A stretch of 64,000 nucleotides of DNA from Candidatus Obscuribacteraceae bacterium (GTDB taxonomy: Bacteria; Cyanobacteriota; Vampirovibrionia; Obscuribacterales; Obscuribacteraceae), in contig JBGAHS010000005.1 in NCBI GenBank assembly GCA_044226015.1, positions 640,001-704,000 on the forward strand, in the 5' to 3' direction. A program made the translations under genes and the position numbers. The notes below the pieces were generated by a model. That model ran no database searches, was not told where the DNA came from, and worked only from the letters and a program-made list of their open reading frames with translations. Below, piece after piece: positions 58,647 to 64,000 of the stretch. Positions within the stretch are counted from its first letter, which is position 1, and each line of letters opens with the position of its first letter.

Positions 58647-59192
58647 TCAGTGCTCGGCGGAACCTTCTGTTGCTGGCTCGCCAAGAATCGGACCATCAGC
58701 AGGGTCTCTCTGCGACAGTATTTTCCACAACATTCCTTTTCCTAAAGCTTTATCTAGACCCCGAGCGACGAAGAGAGTGTAGAAAACAATGAATAATCCA
58801 AAGATGTGTGCAGCAGCAAAAAGAACACGCTCTTTCATGGCTGCATCAGCGACGTGTTTGGCAAATATTTTCTCTTCAACCTGTCCACCTAAGAATACTA
58901 TGATTGCCATCACTATCGCTTTGTAAGCGGTTGCTCGTAAAATCGGAGTATGATCCATCTTCTTAAGGAGTGAGATGTTTTGCGTCAGCACTACGATTTT
59001 GCCGAGTGCGAGGGACTCGATTAAGGCGGTAATATAACTGTGTACGAAGTCGTTGATTCCTACTTGAATCAGGATAAGCGATTTGCCTGTTGCTATAAGG
59101 CTGAAGCTAACTGCGAGGTAGCTAACTATAGCTGTGAGTTCTTTTAACTCGTGCATTAGTCGCTCTTTCGGTGACGCCATGTTGTTCTCCAT
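58647..59192 (-). CDS. Hypothetical 4-TM membrane protein
   Basis: Four hydrophobic segments. Confidence 0.7.
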   Translation of the reverse strand: MENNMASPKERLMHELKELTAIVSYLAVSFSLIATGKSLILIQVGINDFVHSYITALIESLALGKIVVLTQNISLLKKMDHTPILRATAYKAIVMAIIVFLGGQVEEKIFAKHVADAAMKERVLFAAAHIFGLFIVFYTLFVARGLDKALGKGMLWKILSQRDPADGPILGEPATEGSAEH

Positions 59193-59244
59193 TTTGCCAT
59201 GTGTTCTGAATTCGATCTCTGTAAGTTTCTAGTGTAATTTTCAG

Positions 59245-59802
59245 CTAGTGTCGATGCATGATTGTAATCAGTACTACTGCAGCGATTCCGCAAGCAATGT
59301 ATATGCCCTGGAAAGTGCAAGCGACGTGCCTCTCTAATTCGGCTAATGAATTCAGGTCTGATCTGTGCGTATGAGCCTGAGCTGTTATCGGCGCTGCCAA
59401 CAAGTACTTTTCCATTCCTTGAAGTACGTGTGTTTGCCTTCGGTGAAGTTTGCCATAGGCCTGCAAGAGTCCAGCCCAATTTCGATCGAGCAAATATCCG
59501 ACCAGCGAAAGTGCCACAGTCATTATCATCAAGTTCGTTACTCGATGCTCGTGCAAGAATACTTCGAATGATTCTTTGAAAATAAATCCGATACCTGCTA
59601 GAAGAAATGTATTCAGGGAAAGGAAGAATCCGTTGATAGCCTGTCGGCGTGCTGCAAAAGAGTCACTAGATTGAACGATGGATTTGTACTGGTCGTAAAG
59701 CAGCTTTAGCTGATCGGAATCGTAGTTAGTTCCTGACGGGAAAAGGACTTTTTCGAGTTCCTCATTTTCTTGCTGAATGTCTGATTTGTCTTGATTTGAC
59801 AT
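59245..59802 (-). CDS. 3-TM protein, RipA-like/SLATT-like membrane family
   Basis: YDQYK......D....RRQ..N.FF..LNT and W......Y..L.........ME patterns. Confidence 0.6.
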   Translation of the reverse strand: MSNQDKSDIQQENEELEKVLFPSGTNYDSDQLKLLYDQYKSIVQSSDSFAARRQAINGFFLSLNTFLLAGIGFIFKESFEVFLHEHRVTNLMIMTVALSLVGYLLDRNWAGLLQAYGKLHRRQTHVLQGMEKYLLAAPITAQAHTHRSDLNSLAELERHVACTFQGIYIACGIAAVVLITIMHRH

Positions 59803-60041
59803 GACTGATTTCCGGCGTTGGAAAAGCTAAATTCTACATACTTGCAAACTATGCAATCAAGTAAAATATGAGTGCTTCTGTGAACCTGAGCTCGCTATTG
59901 ATCCTCTCAAAGGTTGCCAGGTAATTAAACGGGCAATGTGGTAAGTAATCAGGCTGGTCAACATTCCAGTGCCTCGAATGCCAATGTAAGATCGTTTGCG
60001 AAGTCACGGTGTTAGAATACCTGTCCTTCGGAGGGGCGGAA

Positions 60042-61001
60042 ATGTCGAACATATTGGGAAGAGATGGTTTAGCAGGGCGTGTTCCCTACCAGGGGCTGGT
60101 TACATTTTGGCGTACTCCCTACACTCAGGCGCTTGAAAATGTTGATCTTGCCGTTTATGGAGTTCCATTTGATTGCGAAATATTCAATCGTCCTGGCACC
60201 AGATTTGGACCTCGAGCCATACGTGAGCAGTCTGTTTATGTTGGTCTGGTGGGTCAGCATTGGCCGTTCGAATATGATTTGCGTGACAGAAGCAATGTGA
60301 TCGATTTTGGTGACATTCCGTTTTATCCTGGACAGACCGAGGAAATGCTGCTGAATGTTGAACAGCATGTTTCTGAGATGTCTTCGCGCGGTATCGGAAC
60401 AGTCGGACTCGGTGGAGATCATCTTGTAGCTTACCCTGCCGTCAAAGCGCATGCAAAAACACATGGCAAGCTATCGCTGATACATTTCGATGCACATACA
60501 GACACTCATGATGGACCTTTTCTCAATCACGGTAGCATGTTCATCTATGCGGCGAAGGAAGGACTGATAAGCGCTGAGTCCTCAATACAAATCGGCATTC
60601 GTACTCTTATTCCGCAAGGCACCAAGTTCACCGTGTTGAATTCGCATGAGTGCCTTGAGATGAAGAGTAAGGACATAGTTCGGAGAATTCGCGAGACCGT
60701 TGGTGATAACCCCTGTTATGTGTCACTTGATGTAGATGGTATGGACCCTGCTTATGCTCCCGGAACAGGCACGCCCCTTCCGGGTGGTATCACGTCAGCG
60801 ATGCAACGAGAAATTTTGTGGGGACTTCAGGGACTAAACATCGTAGGTTGCGATGTGGTCGAGGTATCTCCACCTTATGATCCGTCCCAGATTACGGCGA
60901 TTCTTGGTGCTACTTTGGCTATGGATATGTTGCATATTCTGGCTGAGTCCCCGGTTCTCAAAAAAATGAAAAAGGCTGTGGAGTCAGGAAAAAATCAATA
61001 A
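60042..61001 (+). CDS. speB: Agmatinase/ureohydrolase
   Basis: RPGTRFGP, GGDH, HFDAHTD, SLDVDGMDP..APGTGTP..GG; substrate not certain. Confidence 0.85.
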   Translation: MSNILGRDGLAGRVPYQGLVTFWRTPYTQALENVDLAVYGVPFDCEIFNRPGTRFGPRAIREQSVYVGLVGQHWPFEYDLRDRSNVIDFGDIPFYPGQTEEMLLNVEQHVSEMSSRGIGTVGLGGDHLVAYPAVKAHAKTHGKLSLIHFDAHTDTHDGPFLNHGSMFIYAAKEGLISAESSIQIGIRTLIPQGTKFTVLNSHECLEMKSKDIVRRIRETVGDNPCYVSLDVDGMDPAYAPGTGTPLPGGITSAMQREILWGLQGLNIVGCDVVEVSPPYDPSQITAILGATLAMDMLHILAESPVLKKMKKAVESGKNQ

Positions 61002-61813
61002 TGAAAGTAATTCATCTCAATTCTGATTTGATTGCGCGCCTTGACGAGGCTGAGGCAGCATTCTTTGGTGACCTTTCAAAAGTCACAAACGAATGTCATA
61101 ACAGCGAGGTTTGTAAGCTTATCGAGCTTCCTGGTGCGCGAGCTTTTGTTTCACCGAAGGTGAACGACCCGCTTTTGAATCGAGTGATTATTTCGGGGAA
61201 GTGCGATGCTGCCTCCGTATTTAGTATCGTTGATGAACATTTTGCCGCGGCTGGCGGTGTGCCGGTTGAAATTAGTCCAGGCGCCCTTGAGCATGAACTA
61301 AGTGTTGGGCTTCATAAGCGCGGTTATGCTCAGACTGAGTTTTTGCCAGTGCTCGTTAATTATGCGGAGAATATTGTTTCGGAAGCACCTAAGCTGCGAA
61401 TCAGCAAGGTTGAATCAGAATCTGAACTTAGCAAGTTCAAAGAACTTTTGATAGCTGGCTGGACGATACCGCCGGCGCAGTTTCCTGAAACTCTTACATC
61501 ATCTGTAGAGAAATGGATCAATCTTCCTGGCTGGACCCTTCTTCTATCATATGATGGTGATGAAGCGGTATCCTGCGGGATTTTGCATTGCCATAAGGGA
61601 GTTGCTTTTCTTGCTGTCTCTGCAACGCCACCACAGTTCCGCGGAAGAGGAGGGCAATCAGCAATTGATCGCGCTCGCGTGGCAGAAGCGATTAAGCAAG
61701 ATGCCGAGTTGATCTGGAGCCGAACTTATTTCGCCAGCGTTAGTCAACGGAATAAAGAGAAATTCGGCTTAAACGTTCTCTATCTGAGATCATGTTGGAC
61801 CAAGGTCGAATAG
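61001..61813 (+). CDS. GNAT-family acetyltransferase
   Basis: AT.P.FRGRGGQ acetyl-CoA motif, SQRN..K.G; TAATG coupling to the upstream gene. Confidence 0.8.
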   Translation: MKVIHLNSDLIARLDEAEAAFFGDLSKVTNECHNSEVCKLIELPGARAFVSPKVNDPLLNRVIISGKCDAASVFSIVDEHFAAAGGVPVEISPGALEHELSVGLHKRGYAQTEFLPVLVNYAENIVSEAPKLRISKVESESELSKFKELLIAGWTIPPAQFPETLTSSVEKWINLPGWTLLLSYDGDEAVSCGILHCHKGVAFLAVSATPPQFRGRGGQSAIDRARVAEAIKQDAELIWSRTYFASVSQRNKEKFGLNVLYLRSCWTKVE

Positions 61814-61835
61814 ATGAGAGCATTTGTCCTCTGGC

Positions 61836-62834
61836 TCAATTCTGATGCTTCGATTTCTCTATGTACGACTCAATAGACGATTTTACTGCTTCAGTCGCTA
61901 TACTCGGAATGTTGCTACCGACTTTAGCGGCAATTTCTCTCAATGCTTTGTTATCTTTGGAGTCCGACAGCTGCTCTGACTTCGCCAGAAATTTCATCGA
62001 CTCTTCGAACACCACTTTTGCGGCACCTTCAGTTGGGTTCAGTTTTGAAAACTTACTCGCCTCAACTAGAAAGCCAAGTGCCAGGTCTCTAGCCCGTTTC
62101 CCATTTAGCCGATCATCCGGTGATGGTTTCTTGTAAAAGTCATTGTTCATATGCAGAATTGCTTTGCTTAGATCCGGCGCAGTCTCGGGGTTTAATGCTA
62201 CTTTTTCCAATTGATCAAATACGGACGGTATGTCATGTGAGCCATAGATTTGATCAAGTTTCGTTTCAACTTTCTGTTGTTCATCATGTAATTGTTTCTT
62301 GTATTCTTCATTCATAGGCTGTCCATTTATTACCTCACCTTTGTGAGCGTCTACGTCGTTCTGAGCCTCTAGAAGAGTGCCAGCAGCAACACGAAGGAAA
62401 GTTGTGGCTTCGCCTGTGAAATCATAATTTAAGCCTTGAAGGATACGACCCTTCGTATCTGCGTGCGATGTTAGATCCAATCTTGTTCCTGAGTAGAGAC
62501 GAAACTCACCGAGTGCTGCTGACACAATAGCTCTTGCTCGCTTATTTGGTGTGCTGTCATTCATTGCGTCTCGCATGTCCAATTCAAGGGTAATCTCGTC
62601 TTTCTTTCCGATTGCTACGCCTTTGTTGATGGCATTGTCAAATGAGTAGTTCGTTTTGTCTTTCTCATCAGCAGCAAGAGCCACATGAAAATCATCGAGC
62701 ATAGCTGCCGCTGTGGGGCTTATTCTTTTAGGTGGATGTTCCCCCAGGAATTCTTGTTGCAATATGTTTGTCGCATCTGTCCAGCGAGTTGTTGTCTTGT
62801 TCTCGCTATTCTCAACCTTGCTGTCATTCGCCAT
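61836..62834 (-). CDS. Hypothetical protein
   Basis: 332-aa ORF; GAGG upstream. Confidence 0.7.
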   Translation of the reverse strand: MANDSKVENSENKTTTRWTDATNILQQEFLGEHPPKRISPTAAAMLDDFHVALAADEKDKTNYSFDNAINKGVAIGKKDEITLELDMRDAMNDSTPNKRARAIVSAALGEFRLYSGTRLDLTSHADTKGRILQGLNYDFTGEATTFLRVAAGTLLEAQNDVDAHKGEVINGQPMNEEYKKQLHDEQQKVETKLDQIYGSHDIPSVFDQLEKVALNPETAPDLSKAILHMNNDFYKKPSPDDRLNGKRARDLALGFLVEASKFSKLNPTEGAAKVVFEESMKFLAKSEQLSDSKDNKALREIAAKVGSNIPSIATEAVKSSIESYIEKSKHQN

Positions 62835-63066
62835 TTTTTTTGCCTCTAAGAGATTAAGCTCATAGTGCTAAGGTAAATTCCACAACGTGAAATGGATGTG
62901 TGTCTGAGGCTGTCTATTTGTACAGTCTTTGCTCGAATATTCAGTACGCTTATGCAGGCTAGCGTTTTAATTGTCATACTTGCGTATTCTCTTATCACGA
63001 AGCACATTGAAGATATTCTTTCGCGGTGACCCTTCAAGGGTATAATGTGCAAAAGAGGATGCGAAT

Positions 63067-63855
63067 ATGGACAAAAAGCTTGGCTTGATTTTATTTGCGC
63101 TAACACTTAGTTGTGAGGCTCATGCTGGATCGAATGAGGACTTTCAGCAGTATTTGGCTAACAGGAAATACAGAGTCAATCTTCTAAACCAGGCACAACG
63201 CTTAAAGGAAACCAATTATCCTGAAGCGGAAAAGACTCTACTCCAATTTTTTACCATTTCACAGAAATCACCTGCAGGCTCGGATGAAAGAGTTTCGGCG
63301 TACGAAACGATGTTTTCTTGGTACAGTCATTTGGAACTATACAAGGCAAAAGAGCATCCAGAGGCTAAAGCTAAGTGTGAGTATTACCTTGGTTTGCTAG
63401 AGCCTCTTTTGGTAAATCGGTCAAAAGAAACCAACAACCAATCGATTTTGCGTTACATGCAGTCTGTTTCTAGTTATTACGAACAAAAGCGACGCTCGGA
63501 CAAAGTCGATTTCTACTACAAACAAATGGTCGACTTGAGTAAACTCAACCCGATGGGTTCAGTGCAAACTGCGACTTTGCTAGACGAGTGGTCGGACAAA
63601 AAGAATAGAGCTGGAGATTACAAGCAAGCTGAGCAACATATGGTGGAAGCTCTCTACTACTGGGACATGTTGCCTCCAACCGATCAGCATCGAGCCAATG
63701 CTCACCTGCGAGCCTATAACTGGTATTTCAGATTTGGTGAAACTCAGAAAGCAGACCGGCAAAAAACCTTGCTTACAGAGATTCTTGGTGCCAGGGCGAG
63801 CGAAGAGCTTCTAAAACCGAAAAAACACATTTGCTACGGTTGCGGGCGAGGATGA
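63067..63855 (+). CDS. Exported TPR-like protein ending in CYGCGRG
   Basis: Signal peptide (AHA cleavage site); helical repeats. Confidence 0.7.
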   Translation: MDKKLGLILFALTLSCEAHAGSNEDFQQYLANRKYRVNLLNQAQRLKETNYPEAEKTLLQFFTISQKSPAGSDERVSAYETMFSWYSHLELYKAKEHPEAKAKCEYYLGLLEPLLVNRSKETNNQSILRYMQSVSSYYEQKRRSDKVDFYYKQMVDLSKLNPMGSVQTATLLDEWSDKKNRAGDYKQAEQHMVEALYYWDMLPPTDQHRANAHLRAYNWYFRFGETQKADRQKTLLTEILGARASEELLKPKKHICYGCGRG

Positions 63856-64000
63856 TATTAGCTGCCCGATTTTACAGCCCACTTTTTTGTCAAAGTCTTC
63901 GCCAGGTGAATCATTCTCGGTTCAAAAGTCTCTATCAATGTTCGAAAAGAAATCAATTTCGGGTCTTCGATAAGTGTGTTTTTGATTTCTTTTTCTTCGA

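Noticed and set aside
59850..60040. Guanidine riboswitch upstream of the ureohydrolase
   Set aside because: No paired ACGR hairpins or ykkC-type consensus visible.

Overview
Bacterial chromosomal window. The Hanks-type Ser/Thr kinase-TPR proteins and many lineage-specific ORFs suggest Candidatus Obscuribacterales/Melainabacteria (inference, not verified). Left part: glgX; serS preceded by an unannotated, apparently leaderless 15-aa poly-Ser leader peptide with a complete attenuator; two tandem kinase paralogs; and a polymorphic-toxin-like locus (anthrax-lethal-factor/PPEP-like zinc protease, five paralogous ~95-aa putative immunity genes, two orphan toxin C-terminal fragments). Middle (23.6-46.4 kb): tRNA-Arg(CCT) with three downstream copies of its 3' part delimiting a 109-bp mini-element and two tandem islands. 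All three integrase genes are broken, but the defence-like cargo is intact (alpha/beta-hydrolase-caspase-TPR operon, FAD oxidoreductase, DUF433/DUF5615 TA pair, two DUF4062 proteins). Right part: mostly ordinary genes (FGE-family protein, glutathione peroxidase, PfkB kinase, Ser/Thr kinase, agmatinase-family enzyme and GNAT). All calls come from reading motifs by eye; no database searches were run.
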